The notes under the pieces were generated by a model, which searched no databases, had not been told where the DNA came from, and saw only the letters and a list, made by a program, of their open reading frames with translations. A stretch of 57,654 nt of DNA from Candidatus Heimdallarchaeota archaeon (GTDB lineage: Archaea > Asgardarchaeota > Heimdallarchaeia > Heimdallarchaeales > Kariarchaeaceae): contig WAKA01000207.1 of the NCBI GenBank assembly GCA_015523565.1, positions 1 through 57,654 of the forward strand, given 5' to 3'. Below are positions 1 to 10,241 of this stretch, piece after piece. How positions within the stretch are numbered: the first letter of the stretch is position 1; each line of letters opens with the position of its first letter. A program made the translations under genes and the position numbers.

Positions 1-302
1 ATACAAAACACTCTTTTTTCATTCTCATACGGCTGCAGGTTCTGCAGATCTATTTCACAAAATATTTCCGATAAAATATTGATGTAAATTTTAAGTTTTC
101 TATTAGTTAATTCTAGAATTTCCGTTTTTGAAGATTTATGAATTGAAAAATCAAATGAAAAATATTATGCGGGAATGTATGATGACATTAATTGTCATAT
201 GAAGGGAGTTACAACACATAATTGGTTCGTCAAGTTAAATTCATTGGAATAACACAGGAATAATAAAGGTTCCCGAAAAAGGCGAAATGGTGCAGTATCT
301 TC

Positions 303-1664
303 GTGTATGAGCTCGGAATTATCGGTTTAGGGACAATGGGGTTGAACTTGGCATTGAACCTTAATGATCACGGTTACAAGGTTATTGGATATGACTTGGA
401 TCAAGGTAAAGTTGATGTTGCAAGTGGTCAAGGTATTCCATCAACAAATATCATGAAGGAATTTGTTTCAGCCCTTTCCTGTCCACGGAAAATTTTAGTT
501 CTTGTTCCTTCAATATATGTTGACGACGTTTTGGAATCCTTGTCAGATTATCTTTCTGAGTCGGACATTATAATTGATGGGGGGAATTCCTATTGGAAAG
601 ACACCGAAAGACGGGTCATTTGGGCATCAAATCGCGGTTTCCATTTTATTGGAATGGGTATCTCTGGAGGTGCCAAAGGTGCAAGATACGGTCCATCTTT
701 AATGCCTGGTGGTGATCGTGCTGCATGGCCATATGTATCTGAAATGTTTCGGACAATAGCCGCAAAATTTGAAGGTTCTCCTTGCTGTGAATGGATGGGG
801 TCAGGAGGGGCTGGTCATTTTGTCAAAATGGTTCATAATGGCATTGAATATGCGGAAATGGAATTGATCGCAGAAGCTTATCACTTGCTGAGATCAACAA
901 GGACAAATGATGAAATTGCCGCAATCCTGAACAAATGGAATGCTGGGAAATTGGGTTCTTATCTTCTTGAAATCACCGAAAAGATACTTCTGCACAAAAG
1001 ATCTGATGGATCATATATTATTGATGACATATTGGATCAGGCAGGACAAAAAGGTACAGGCAAGTGGACTGTCATTAATGCAATGGATTACGGAACCCCA
1101 CTTAACCTCATTTCCTCTGCTGTGCATCAACGGTTTATCTCTTCACGTAAGAAACTTCGATTGACCCTTTCCCAAACTTTTCAAAAAGAAGGTCGATTTC
1201 CTTCCCTTGATCCCGTCAAAATTGAAAATGCCCTGTTATTTGGAAGGATCTTGGCTTATACCGAAGGTTTTTATCTCATATACACTGCAGGAAAAGAAAA
1301 CGGTTGGGATTTAGATTTATCTTCTATCGCCCGTGTTTGGAGGGCTGGATGCATTATCCGATCAAAATTGCTTGCTGACATCATCTCAGCCCTTTCTTCA
1401 GGGCATTCATTCCTCATTTTGGACAAGGGGATTTCTGAAATGCTGAAATCGACTTTTCCAGCTCTCAAAGATGTTGTTGTGCAATCCATGTCTTCCAACA
1501 TTCCCCTTCCTGCCTTTTCAAATGCATTGATGGAATTTGAGAGCATTATTTCTGATTGGTTGCCAGCTAACATTATCCAAGCTCAAAGGGATTATTTTGG
1601 ATCCCACGGTTTTCACATGGTTGGGGATCCAAATACCAAAATTCATTGGAATTGGGATGATTGA
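303..1664 (+). CDS. gnd: 6-phosphogluconate dehydrogenase, decarboxylating (NADP)
   Basis: GLGTMG Rossmann motif, IDGGNS, SGGAKGA, GHFVKMVHNGIEY, QKGTGKW, QAQRDYFGSH. Confidence 0.96.
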   Translation: MYELGIIGLGTMGLNLALNLNDHGYKVIGYDLDQGKVDVASGQGIPSTNIMKEFVSALSCPRKILVLVPSIYVDDVLESLSDYLSESDIIIDGGNSYWKDTERRVIWASNRGFHFIGMGISGGAKGARYGPSLMPGGDRAAWPYVSEMFRTIAAKFEGSPCCEWMGSGGAGHFVKMVHNGIEYAEMELIAEAYHLLRSTRTNDEIAAILNKWNAGKLGSYLLEITEKILLHKRSDGSYIIDDILDQAGQKGTGKWTVINAMDYGTPLNLISSAVHQRFISSRKKLRLTLSQTFQKEGRFPSLDPVKIENALLFGRILAYTEGFYLIYTAGKENGWDLDLSSIARVWRAGCIIRSKLLADIISALSSGHSFLILDKGISEMLKSTFPALKDVVVQSMSSNIPLPAFSNALMEFESIISDWLPANIIQAQRDYFGSHGFHMVGDPNTKIHWNWDD

Positions 1665-1707
1665 ACTGACAACAAAGATTAAAGATTGTCTTGTTCATTG
1701 TTAATAC

Positions 1708-2535
1708 GTGGAAACAAAAACAGTTGACGGTGTGGAGCTTGTTTTGTCCCAACCAACAGAAATGAACACTAACTGGATTGGACAAGAGACCGTCAAAAAA
1801 CAATTATTGGCCGCGTGGCTGACATTGGATAAAACAGATATTCCATTGACTCCCCGGATTATAGGACCACCTGGTGTAGGCAAGACAACCTTGGCATACT
1901 CGGTTGCCAAAAGCATGAATCAGGAAATTTACTTTTACCAAGCCACAGTTGACACTCGCCCTGAAGATCTAATTGTTTTCCCTGTAATCGGGGATCAGCA
2001 AAAAATCATCTATGTAGCTTCTCCCATTGTGACAGCAATGCTTAAAGGAGGGATTGTGATATTGGATGAAGGCAATCGAATGCCTGAAAAGAGTTGGGCG
2101 TCTTTAGCTCCCTTAATGGATCATCGACGATATGTGGAGAGTCAAATTGCAGGTATTACCATCAAGGCCCATCCCAACTTCCGAATGGTCACAACAATGA
2201 ATACTGATGCAAGCACTTTTGAGCTTCCAGAATATATTTCTTCTCGACTTCAACCCGTTATAGAATTGGATTTCCCAAATGACGAAGAACTGCTACAAAT
2301 CATAAAATACAATGTGCCTTATGCACCTGATGAGGTTATTGCTCAAGTCATCTCCTATATGAGGGAAGGACGCGCGGCAGGTAACTATTTCAGCATACGT
2401 GCGGGCATTCAAATTGTCCAATATTCGTTGAGACTTGAAAAGATAACAAATGCCCCCCGTTTCAATTGCATTGCGCAGGCAACTGAACAGATTGCTGGAG
2501 AGGAAAACAAGTTTAATCAATTTGGAAATTTTTAG
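1708..2535 (+). CDS. MoxR/CbbQ-like AAA+ ATPase (AAA_5)
   Basis: Walker A GPPGVGKT, Walker B ILDEGNR, HPNFR..TMN, SRL arginine finger. Confidence 0.85.
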   Translation: METKTVDGVELVLSQPTEMNTNWIGQETVKKQLLAAWLTLDKTDIPLTPRIIGPPGVGKTTLAYSVAKSMNQEIYFYQATVDTRPEDLIVFPVIGDQQKIIYVASPIVTAMLKGGIVILDEGNRMPEKSWASLAPLMDHRRYVESQIAGITIKAHPNFRMVTTMNTDASTFELPEYISSRLQPVIELDFPNDEELLQIIKYNVPYAPDEVIAQVISYMREGRAAGNYFSIRAGIQIVQYSLRLEKITNAPRFNCIAQATEQIAGEENKFNQFGNF

Positions 2536-3361
2536 CCAATAGGATTCTTCCTTCGTCAATGCTATGGCCTGTAATCCATTTCAACAATCTCTTTTCATCG
2601 AATGTATCTATCCCTGCGTCAGCAAAAAACTCATTCATGTTGACAACATCCCTTATCAAAAACAAATCTGCATTTGGGTGGGATATCAAGACAGACTGTG
2701 AAACATCTATAATGAAATACTTTTGGTCTTCTTCCCTTAGCAATATATTGAATGGGCTCAAATCTCCATGAACCAATTTTGCTTCTTGATACATTATTTG
2801 TATGCCTTTCATCACTTCTTTGTAAAGTCTTGCATATGATGTTATCTCTGCCTCTACCAGCTTTGGCAAAGCATGTTCTCCATTTCCTAAAAATTCCATT
2901 AATAGGACATTTCTTTCAACATCAATGGGTTTTGGTACAGGAATGCCAACTTCATCCATTTTCTTCAAGTTCTTGAATTCTTTTTTTGCCCATTCCTTTA
3001 TGAATCCAACTCTTGATTTTCTATACGATTGAAAACGATGGTCTCCCTCAACATAGATTTTCATTTTTTTAAAGGCTGGGGAATTGATCCTGTATATTTT
3101 GCATGCAATTGGTGGGTTCCCTGGACAATAATAGACATTTGCCTCCTTTCCTGTTGATATGGCTCCCTCAATTTGTTTGAACTTTCCTTGTTGAATGAAT
3201 TTGAAAAGTATTTCCTGTGTTTTCTTGTCAAAAACAGTTTCCATTGTCGAAAAAATTTCTGGATCGACTTTGCGTTTCAGATCCTCTTCAATGTCTTTTT
3301 CAAGTTTTGAGATGGCGTTATCCTCATGTTCCCAAGTCTCTCTATTTCTTTTTTTTCCCAT
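2513..3361 (-). CDS. rio1: RIO1-family serine/threonine kinase
   Basis: ISTGKEANVY, KEFKNL, LVHGDLSPFNIL, IIDVSQSV. Confidence 0.93.
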   Translation of the reverse strand: MGKKRNRETWEHEDNAISKLEKDIEEDLKRKVDPEIFSTMETVFDKKTQEILFKFIQQGKFKQIEGAISTGKEANVYYCPGNPPIACKIYRINSPAFKKMKIYVEGDHRFQSYRKSRVGFIKEWAKKEFKNLKKMDEVGIPVPKPIDVERNVLLMEFLGNGEHALPKLVEAEITSYARLYKEVMKGIQIMYQEAKLVHGDLSPFNILLREEDQKYFIIDVSQSVLISHPNADLFLIRDVVNMNEFFADAGIDTFDEKRLLKWITGHSIDEGRILLAKNFQID

Positions 3362-3399
3362 CGGCTTTTCTCCCCCCTCCTAGAATTTAAAGTTTCCAA

Positions 3400-3669
3400 T
3401 TAGAGAAGCCTGATTGTTTCCCTTTCTGTTGCTTTTTCTTCATCCAAAACTTTAAAGATAGAAAGAACAAAGCCGATAAAGGCTCCTATCGTAACTACAT
3501 TGCTCATTAATGCGTAAAGTTGCATGCTTGTATATGACGCCGGTATCAAAACGATTAGGACAAGGATTGCATAAATTGCCGCGGTGTATCCTATCACCCT
3601 TATTGTTGGACTTACTGCCCTTTGCCAACTGGCAAAATCTAAAAGGGCATTACTTGTGGACTTTCCCAT
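3400..3669 (-). CDS. Small hypothetical membrane protein (2 TM)
   Basis: Two hydrophobic segments; fills the gap between co-oriented nmd3 and rio1. Confidence 0.65.
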   Translation of the reverse strand: MGKSTSNALLDFASWQRAVSPTIRVIGYTAAIYAILVLIVLIPASYTSMQLYALMSNVVTIGAFIGFVLSIFKVLDEEKATERETIRLL

Positions 3670-3682
3670 AAGTCGGATATGC

Positions 3683-4789
3683 TCACTTGATATTTCTTTG
3701 TTTTGTCCTTGTCAAGAAAAGTTTATCTTCCCATTCTAAAAATACCACTGTCTCTCCAATAGGTAACGACTTCGGGAATGTTTTAGCATCTATTTCAAAT
3801 GCATGGTAATCAGATAAGTCCATCAGTTCATAGGAATCAGTGGTTCTGTCATGGGAGACTACCAAATATTCTATTAGTCTTGGACTTGGGTCTGCAATCT
3901 TGAGGTTTTCCCAATCTCGAATTAGTGTGTATGTGCTTGTTGAAAAATTATAGGCTTCCACTCCTTGGTTGTCGATTCCCATTACCTCCATGAGATCTCC
4001 TCCATGGATAATGTAATCTCCACGGACGACACCTGGTATTCTGTAAAGATATGTTACCGCGTATTTTCTAATTCCATCCTTATCTTCTCCGACCAATTTG
4101 AAATTTTTCTTGCTTTTCCCTGCCCATTTTTTCTTCAGTTCTGAAAGGATATTTTCAGCAAGCATTCTTGATGCAAGTTTAAGATCCAGACCATATTTTG
4201 TTTCCATGACGCTGACAACGAATGACATGGGGTTGTTTGGTTGTGACCTTTGCACAATTTCTGTAACCATTCGCTCAAATTCGTTCATTTCCTTCATTGT
4301 CATTTGCCTGTTTGCAGTTCTCAATTGGAATGTGACACTCCCTCCTGTTTTTTTCACTGCACATGCCTTGCATATTCCCCAAAGAAACTGGATTTCCACT
4401 TCATGATGTTCCTCATGTATGGGAAACATTTCAATTCGGGGGTCGTATGCAATAATTTCTGCAATCATGTTGGGCTTTCCGTCTTCCCATCTAGGTTTTG
4501 AAAGCAAAATTGTTTCAATTTCGACATCTGGGTCGAAGTCCACCCATCTATACAAATTGTCCAATACGGCTTGGAGTGCCTGATCTGAATTGTTTGAGTT
4601 TGTCCATCCTGAAGGCAATTTCACAGCACCGCATTCGGTACAGATGTCCAATTCGATTTGTCTCTGCTTAAGTTTAATGCTTTGGTGTTCTTTCCAATAG
4701 CAAACGTTACAAAGGGCTTCATGCAGTGGAACGTTTGTTTTTCCGCAGATTGCACAGAATGAACCTTTCATTGATCTATTTTGTATCAT
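3683..4789 (-). CDS. nmd3: NMD3 family large-subunit biogenesis protein
   Basis: Four CxxC pairs (CAICG, CNVC, CTECG, CKAC), FQLR, KLVGEDKDG..Y..TYLYR, C-terminal OB/SH3-like part. Confidence 0.88.
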   Translation of the reverse strand: MIQNRSMKGSFCAICGKTNVPLHEALCNVCYWKEHQSIKLKQRQIELDICTECGAVKLPSGWTNSNNSDQALQAVLDNLYRWVDFDPDVEIETILLSKPRWEDGKPNMIAEIIAYDPRIEMFPIHEEHHEVEIQFLWGICKACAVKKTGGSVTFQLRTANRQMTMKEMNEFERMVTEIVQRSQPNNPMSFVVSVMETKYGLDLKLASRMLAENILSELKKKWAGKSKKNFKLVGEDKDGIRKYAVTYLYRIPGVVRGDYIIHGGDLMEVMGIDNQGVEAYNFSTSTYTLIRDWENLKIADPSPRLIEYLVVSHDRTTDSYELMDLSDYHAFEIDAKTFPKSLPIGETVVFLEWEDKLFLTRTKQRNIK

Positions 4790-4802
4790 GATACACTCTC
4801 AT

Positions 4803-5567
4803 TTAACGGTTTACAAAGGTGATTTTTTTTGGAATGCCAAAATATGCGACAATTCCACTAACAATTACTGAAATTCCTGCCATCACCCATTCAAATGCAG
4901 TTCCTGTGTTTGTCACATCTCCTACCTGCAATTCAAAGAATATCTTTCCCCCAATGTCTCTGTTAATGAACACATCAGCAGAATGTGGTGGCTGATTATC
5001 CCAAAAAGCAACCATTACTTGATATTTTTGGTTTGGTTTCAATGAAATGTCATAGCCCTTTTCATCTCCTGAATTTAATGGTTTTGAAAATTCTACAATG
5101 ATCGATCCATTTTCCTGTCCGATGGTTCCCTTAACATCATCTCTCCCTCCATTTTCTGTATCCTCATACACTTTGAATGAATGGGTGTAAAAATCAACCG
5201 CCTTGTTCTCAAAATAATTGACCAAAACCATGTCATCTGGAGATTCAACAGATCCATGGATTGCATTGTCTCCATTCCTGTCAAATTCAATGCCAAAATA
5301 GTCATGTGGTACGCTTGGATCCAGTTGTATCTCATCATTCGGGCCATTATGTGGAATAATTGCCAAAAAATATGCGGCTTGTGCTGTATAAATTGTTGAT
5401 AGTGTCATGGTCACTCCGTTTGTCAATAATATGTTAAGTGACTCACTTCCATCCCATTCCCCTTGGTCAAGTTTTCCATCCAAGGTTGGCAAAGCTATTG
5501 CTTCACTTGATCTAACAGGAAGGGTAAAAGTGGCGACAAGAATAAATGCCACAAGTATTTTCTTCAT
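4803..5567 (-). CDS. Secreted DOMON/CBM9-like domain protein with C-terminal membrane anchor
   Basis: Signal peptide MKKILVAFILV (start moved to 5567), PTLDGKLDQGEW, IVEFSKPLNSGD..DI, C-terminal TM plus basic tail. Confidence 0.7.
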   Translation of the reverse strand: MKKILVAFILVATFTLPVRSSEAIALPTLDGKLDQGEWDGSESLNILLTNGVTMTLSTIYTAQAAYFLAIIPHNGPNDEIQLDPSVPHDYFGIEFDRNGDNAIHGSVESPDDMVLVNYFENKAVDFYTHSFKVYEDTENGGRDDVKGTIGQENGSIIVEFSKPLNSGDEKGYDISLKPNQKYQVMVAFWDNQPPHSADVFINRDIGGKIFFELQVGDVTNTGTAFEWVMAGISVIVSGIVAYFGIPKKITFVNR

Positions 5568-5610
5568 TGTATTTTGGAAATATGGGATATTAATATGACA
5601 TTTCATTGTG

Positions 5611-7587
5611 TTATATTTCAACAGTCAACATTCTTTTCAATTCCTTGATTTTATCCCTCAATTGTGCGGCAATCTCAAATTCCAATTTTTCTGCGGCTTG
5701 ATTCATCTTGATGGTAAGCTCCTCTATCAGGACATTTACATCCTCCATTCTCATCTCATCTTTTGAGGGAATCTCAATCTCCACCTTCTTCAGTTCTTCA
5801 ATATCATCAAGGACACTTTTCAATCCTTTTACAACTGTCTTTGGCGTGATATTATGTTCCTTGTTATACCTGATTTGTATTCTTCTTCTTCTGTTTACCT
5901 CGTCAATGGCTTGTCTCATGTTATCTGTAATTCTATCTGCGTATAGGATGACTTTTCCCTCAACATTTCTAGCCGCTCTTCCCATCGTTTGTATCAAGCT
6001 TCTTCGTGAGCGGAGAAATCCTTCCTTATCTGCATCCAAAATCGCTACAAGTGTTACCTCTGGCAAATCCAATCCTTCCCTCAACAAATTGATTCCAACT
6101 ACCACATCCACTTCTCCTTTCCTAAGGTCTTGCAATATCTGTACGCGATCAAGGGAATCGATGTCGCTATGGAGGTAGGTTGCTCGAATTCCCATATCCA
6201 AGAGGTAATCTGCCAATTGTTCTGCCATTCGTTTTGTTAGGGTTGTAACCAAGGTTCTCTGCCCTTTTTTGACCCGTTTTTGTATTTCCATGATGACATC
6301 GTCAATCTGGTTTTCTGTTTTTCTGACATCAATTTCAGGTTCTGTCAATCCTGTAGGTCGAATTACCTGTTCAACAACCAACTGTGATTTTTCAAGTTCA
6401 TAGTCTCCTGGTGTTGCACTCATGAAAAGTGTATATGGCATCCGTTTCTCAAACTCTTCAAATCTTAATGGTCTGTTGTCATATGCTGTTGGTAATCTGT
6501 AGCCATAATTGATCAAATTCTTCTTTCTACTGAAATCGCCTCCATACATTCCCCTGATTTGTGGAATGGTGACATGACTTTCATCAATGATCAGAAGATA
6601 ATCTTTCGGAAAATGATCCAATAATGTAAATGGGGGATCTCCTGGACTTCTTCCTTCAAAATGCAAAGAATAGTTTTCAATTCCTGAACAATATCCAAAC
6701 TCTTCCAACTGTTCCAAATCATAATTGGTTCGTTGAAGGAGTCTTTGAGCCTCTGCAATTTTGCCCATAGAGAGCAGTTCTTCATACCTCATGTTCAGTT
6801 CTTCTCGGATGGATCTGATTGCCCTTTCCAATGCTTGCTGTTGTGTTAAGTACTGGGCACCAGGATATATTCTCACCTCTTCAAGCTGTTCCAGTTTCCT
6901 ACCCGTTTTTGGATCCTTCAGAAGGATTCTTTCAACTTCATCTCCAAAAAATTCAATTTGTATGGTCTCGTCTTGGTATATCGGAAACAATTCAACAATA
7001 TCCCCTTTGGCTCTAAAGGTTTTTGGCTTTAGTTCATATTCATTTCTTCTATATTGCAATTCAACAAGTTTTCTCAAAAGGTCATCCCTGTTTAATTCCA
7101 TTCCCACAGAGACATCAAATGCCATGTTTCTGTATACTTCTGGAAGCCCAACTCCATATATTGCAGAAACTGTTGCCACTACGATCACATCATCTCTTTC
7201 TGCCAACGACCTTGTGGTTGAGTTTCTTAGTTTCTCAATTTGTTCATTGATGCTGAAATCCTTGCTAATGTACAAGTCTTTCGTTGGAATGTATGCCTCT
7301 GGCTGGTAATAATCATAAAAGCTTACAAAATATTCCACCTTTGCTTCAGGAAAAAATTCCCGATATTCTGCATAAAGTTGTGCCGCAAGTGTCTTATTAT
7401 GTGCAATGACCAATGTGGGCATTCCTAATCTTTCAATTATATGTGATGATACAAATGTTTTCCCACTTCCTGTGACTCCCATTAATGTTTGGAATTTATT
7501 GCCATCCATGAACCCTTTGGACAACTTTTCTATTGCAGTGATTTGATCCCCCATTGGTTCGAAAGGTGCATGAACTTTCAATGGCAT
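5611..7587 (-). CDS. uvrB: Excinuclease ABC subunit B
   Basis: GVTGSGKT, YYQPEAY, IDESH, SATPG, GINLLREGLD, C-terminal UVR domain. Confidence 0.98.
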   Translation of the reverse strand: MPLKVHAPFEPMGDQITAIEKLSKGFMDGNKFQTLMGVTGSGKTFVSSHIIERLGMPTLVIAHNKTLAAQLYAEYREFFPEAKVEYFVSFYDYYQPEAYIPTKDLYISKDFSINEQIEKLRNSTTRSLAERDDVIVVATVSAIYGVGLPEVYRNMAFDVSVGMELNRDDLLRKLVELQYRRNEYELKPKTFRAKGDIVELFPIYQDETIQIEFFGDEVERILLKDPKTGRKLEQLEEVRIYPGAQYLTQQQALERAIRSIREELNMRYEELLSMGKIAEAQRLLQRTNYDLEQLEEFGYCSGIENYSLHFEGRSPGDPPFTLLDHFPKDYLLIIDESHVTIPQIRGMYGGDFSRKKNLINYGYRLPTAYDNRPLRFEEFEKRMPYTLFMSATPGDYELEKSQLVVEQVIRPTGLTEPEIDVRKTENQIDDVIMEIQKRVKKGQRTLVTTLTKRMAEQLADYLLDMGIRATYLHSDIDSLDRVQILQDLRKGEVDVVVGINLLREGLDLPEVTLVAILDADKEGFLRSRRSLIQTMGRAARNVEGKVILYADRITDNMRQAIDEVNRRRRIQIRYNKEHNITPKTVVKGLKSVLDDIEELKKVEIEIPSKDEMRMEDVNVLIEELTIKMNQAAEKLEFEIAAQLRDKIKELKRMLTVEI

Positions 7588-7646
7588 TTATTATTCCTCA
7601 TCTTTTGTAAACTTTAATTATTTTATGGAAGGAGACTTTTTTCAAT

Positions 7647-8777
7647 CTAAATAGTGGGAAAGGTTCTCAAAAGTGAGGCAAGAAACAATATGGCTGTTGC
7701 AACCATGATGATTTTTCTTTTTCTTGCGTCCCTGATCAGCATTTGAAGTAATCTTTCTCCGTCTGTAAATGGTATTGGGAGCATATTATATGCCGCAAGC
7801 ATTAGATTTACATTAATCATCCAATGGATAAATAAAATCAGATAAAACGGGGTTGATGGTGAAAAAAATGGGATTTTTGGTTTATAGTTATAATATACCG
7901 TTGCGCCTATTGATGAACCATTGGTAAAAATAGGGTCACGTTTTGTGATGATATCGTATTCCCCACGGTTGGTATACAGCTTTATCCTTGAACCTGCTTC
8001 AATCGTATGCAAGAAATTGATCAAATCGTAATGATTCACGATTTGTGTCTCTTGAACAATAAATAATCCATTATAGAGTCCTGCTGAAAGAATTACTGTG
8101 CCTTTGGTCATTTTGGCATTATTTGCTGGTCCGAATGGGTCAATTGAAATGACCAATGCACCATTTTCCTTTTCAAAAGTTGTTTGCATCAATGCATCTG
8201 CATTTATTGCAATTGGTGTCAATAGTCCAATTAACAACAAATTTCCAATTACCCCTGCAAAAATTATGGTTCTCGCAACTTTTTTCTTTTTAAGAGGGTT
8301 TTCTTGTTTGGGGAATTGAGTGAATGCGACAAGAACTATTCCAACAATTCCAATTCCAAAACTTTCAATGTTCTCCCCTGCCGCAACTGCAACAATTGCA
8401 TGAAATAATTCATGAATTAGCAATGCAATAAACAAGGCAATAAGAAAAATAACAAGGTTGTCAATAGTCAAGGCTGTAATAACCATTGTTGAAAACATAG
8501 GGGCCTTGACAAATAAATTTACAATTAATGTCATAGGTACCGCCAAGAAAAATGCAAATCCAAAAATATCAATTGGTTTTTTAATTCTCTTAAAGATTGG
8601 CTCAAATTTTATCCCTATGTTATATGCAAAATCTGTCATCCATCCCCCTTTTATCAATAAAAGCAATGGTGAGATAAATATGCCAAAACGGCTCGTGTCT
8701 ACTAAATTGGCCAAAATGATTGTCAATGTCCAAAAAATAAGGCTTCCAACAAGAATTGTTAATGGTGTCAATGCCAC
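7647..8777 (-). CDS. Site-2 (M50) intramembrane metalloprotease with PDZ-like insert
   Basis: HELFH (HExxH) in a TM helix, NMLPIPFTDG, soluble insert with GPA. Confidence 0.88.
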   Translation of the reverse strand: MALTPLTILVGSLIFWTLTIILANLVDTSRFGIFISPLLLLIKGGWMTDFAYNIGIKFEPIFKRIKKPIDIFGFAFFLAVPMTLIVNLFVKAPMFSTMVITALTIDNLVIFLIALFIALLIHELFHAIVAVAAGENIESFGIGIVGIVLVAFTQFPKQENPLKKKKVARTIIFAGVIGNLLLIGLLTPIAINADALMQTTFEKENGALVISIDPFGPANNAKMTKGTVILSAGLYNGLFIVQETQIVNHYDLINFLHTIEAGSRIKLYTNRGEYDIITKRDPIFTNGSSIGATVYYNYKPKIPFFSPSTPFYLILFIHWMINVNLMLAAYNMLPIPFTDGERLLQMLIRDARKRKIIMVATAILFLASLLRTFPTI

Positions 8778-8832
8778 ATCCTTTCTTTTTCCCGCACATA
8801 TATGAATTTAAGGGTTCTGAGGAATCTGTTTT

Positions 8833-10134
8833 CTACAATTTTCTGCTATCCAAAAATGCAAAAAATAGCAAAATTGCCAATACCAGCAGATTTGTGGCTA
8901 AAAGAGAATAAATTCCTAAATGGAAAAAATTGCTGGCAAAGGCATCCAATTCTTCGTACCAAAGTAATACAAAGGACGAGCCATTCTTAATAAAAATGAT
9001 TTGTGTAATTGACAATAATGTCCCTATTACTCCATAAAAGAATGCTAAAATGATGAAAATCTGTTTCAAGATCCCGATCTTGAGATTTTTGGGATCGGGT
9101 GCTGAAATCATTTGATCCAACTCTTGAACTATTCTTTCATCTGTTTTGCTGTCTACCTCTTCTTTTTCAACTGTTGTTTCCTTTTGTGTTTCTTGCACTT
9201 GTGCAGAATCATGTCGCTCTAATACCGTTCCTTTATTTATTTCTTCCATATCTTCTACTTTTGCAAGGGTTTGTTGTTTCTCTGATAGTTTTCCAGCATC
9301 AGTTTTTTCTTCTTCCTTGTCTACCTTTTTCACTTCCAATATTCTCTCTTCTTCTGACGTTTCTTTCTCTGATTTTGTTTCTTTTTCCTCTGTCTGTTTT
9401 TTATCCTGGATTTCTTCTATGGGTAATTCCTTCTCTTTTTCTTTTGTCTGGTCTTCAACTTCCGATTTGTGTTCTCCCTTCTGAATACTTTCACTTTCAT
9501 CTTTCTCAACAGCTATCTTTGTGCTTGCTTCATTTAATTGGATTGTACCTTGTTTCTCAATATTTTTGTCATGAGTTTTCTCTTCTGTTTCCTCTTCGAA
9601 ATCCTTCTTTTCATCATGTTCAGTCAGTTCTTCAACCAAATCTTGATCTTTTTCTATAATCCCCTGATTTTCAATCTGTTCTGGAGTATCCCCTTCAATT
9701 GATTCCGTGGTGTCTTTACTACCTTCTTCTCTTGTTTTCTTCTTTTCCTTTTCATCTTTATCTAGTTTTCCTGTTTGAGGTTGTTCTTTACTTTCTTCTG
9801 TTTTATCAAATGCTTGGTCTTCTTGTTTTTGCACTCCTTCTAGTTCTTGTGCTTTCTGTTCTCTATCTTTCGCATTAATCTTTTCAACGGGTTTTTTCTC
9901 ATGATTTGTATTCAGGTGTTTTGATTGTATTTCTAATTCTTCCTGCTTATTTAATTCTGGTTTCTTATCACTCGTTTCACCATCTTTAATTTTTGTTAAC
10001 TCTTTTGTTTCTTCCCCAGTTTTTTCTTCTGTCATTTGTTCTACTTTTTCAAGAACTTCTTTTCCATCAAATTGTTCGTCCTTTTTTTCTGTTTTCTCTG
10101 AATTTCTGTCCTTATGGGGTTCTTCATCCATCAA
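8833..10134 (-). CDS. Acidic Glu/Lys-rich disordered protein with two C-terminal TM helices
   Basis: About 350 aa of E/K/D/T low complexity followed by two hydrophobic segments. Confidence 0.8.
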   Translation of the reverse strand: MMDEEPHKDRNSEKTEKKDEQFDGKEVLEKVEQMTEEKTGEETKELTKIKDGETSDKKPELNKQEELEIQSKHLNTNHEKKPVEKINAKDREQKAQELEGVQKQEDQAFDKTEESKEQPQTGKLDKDEKEKKKTREEGSKDTTESIEGDTPEQIENQGIIEKDQDLVEELTEHDEKKDFEEETEEKTHDKNIEKQGTIQLNEASTKIAVEKDESESIQKGEHKSEVEDQTKEKEKELPIEEIQDKKQTEEKETKSEKETSEEERILEVKKVDKEEEKTDAGKLSEKQQTLAKVEDMEEINKGTVLERHDSAQVQETQKETTVEKEEVDSKTDERIVQELDQMISAPDPKNLKIGILKQIFIILAFFYGVIGTLLSITQIIFIKNGSSFVLLWYEELDAFASNFFHLGIYSLLATNLLVLAILLFFAFLDSRKL

Positions 10135-10241
10135 ACATCTATCTCTGTTTTACAAAATAAAGGTTACCCGTTGAAATAATTGCATCTGGTCAAATTACAA
10201 TAGCAATAGATACATAAACACGCAAGGTATGGTAAACTTGC

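Noticed and set aside
9099-9659. Hydrophobic or Ser-rich antisense ORFs (also 5708-6178, 37803-38324, 48516-49106)
   Set aside because: Shadows of well-supported genes on the opposite strand
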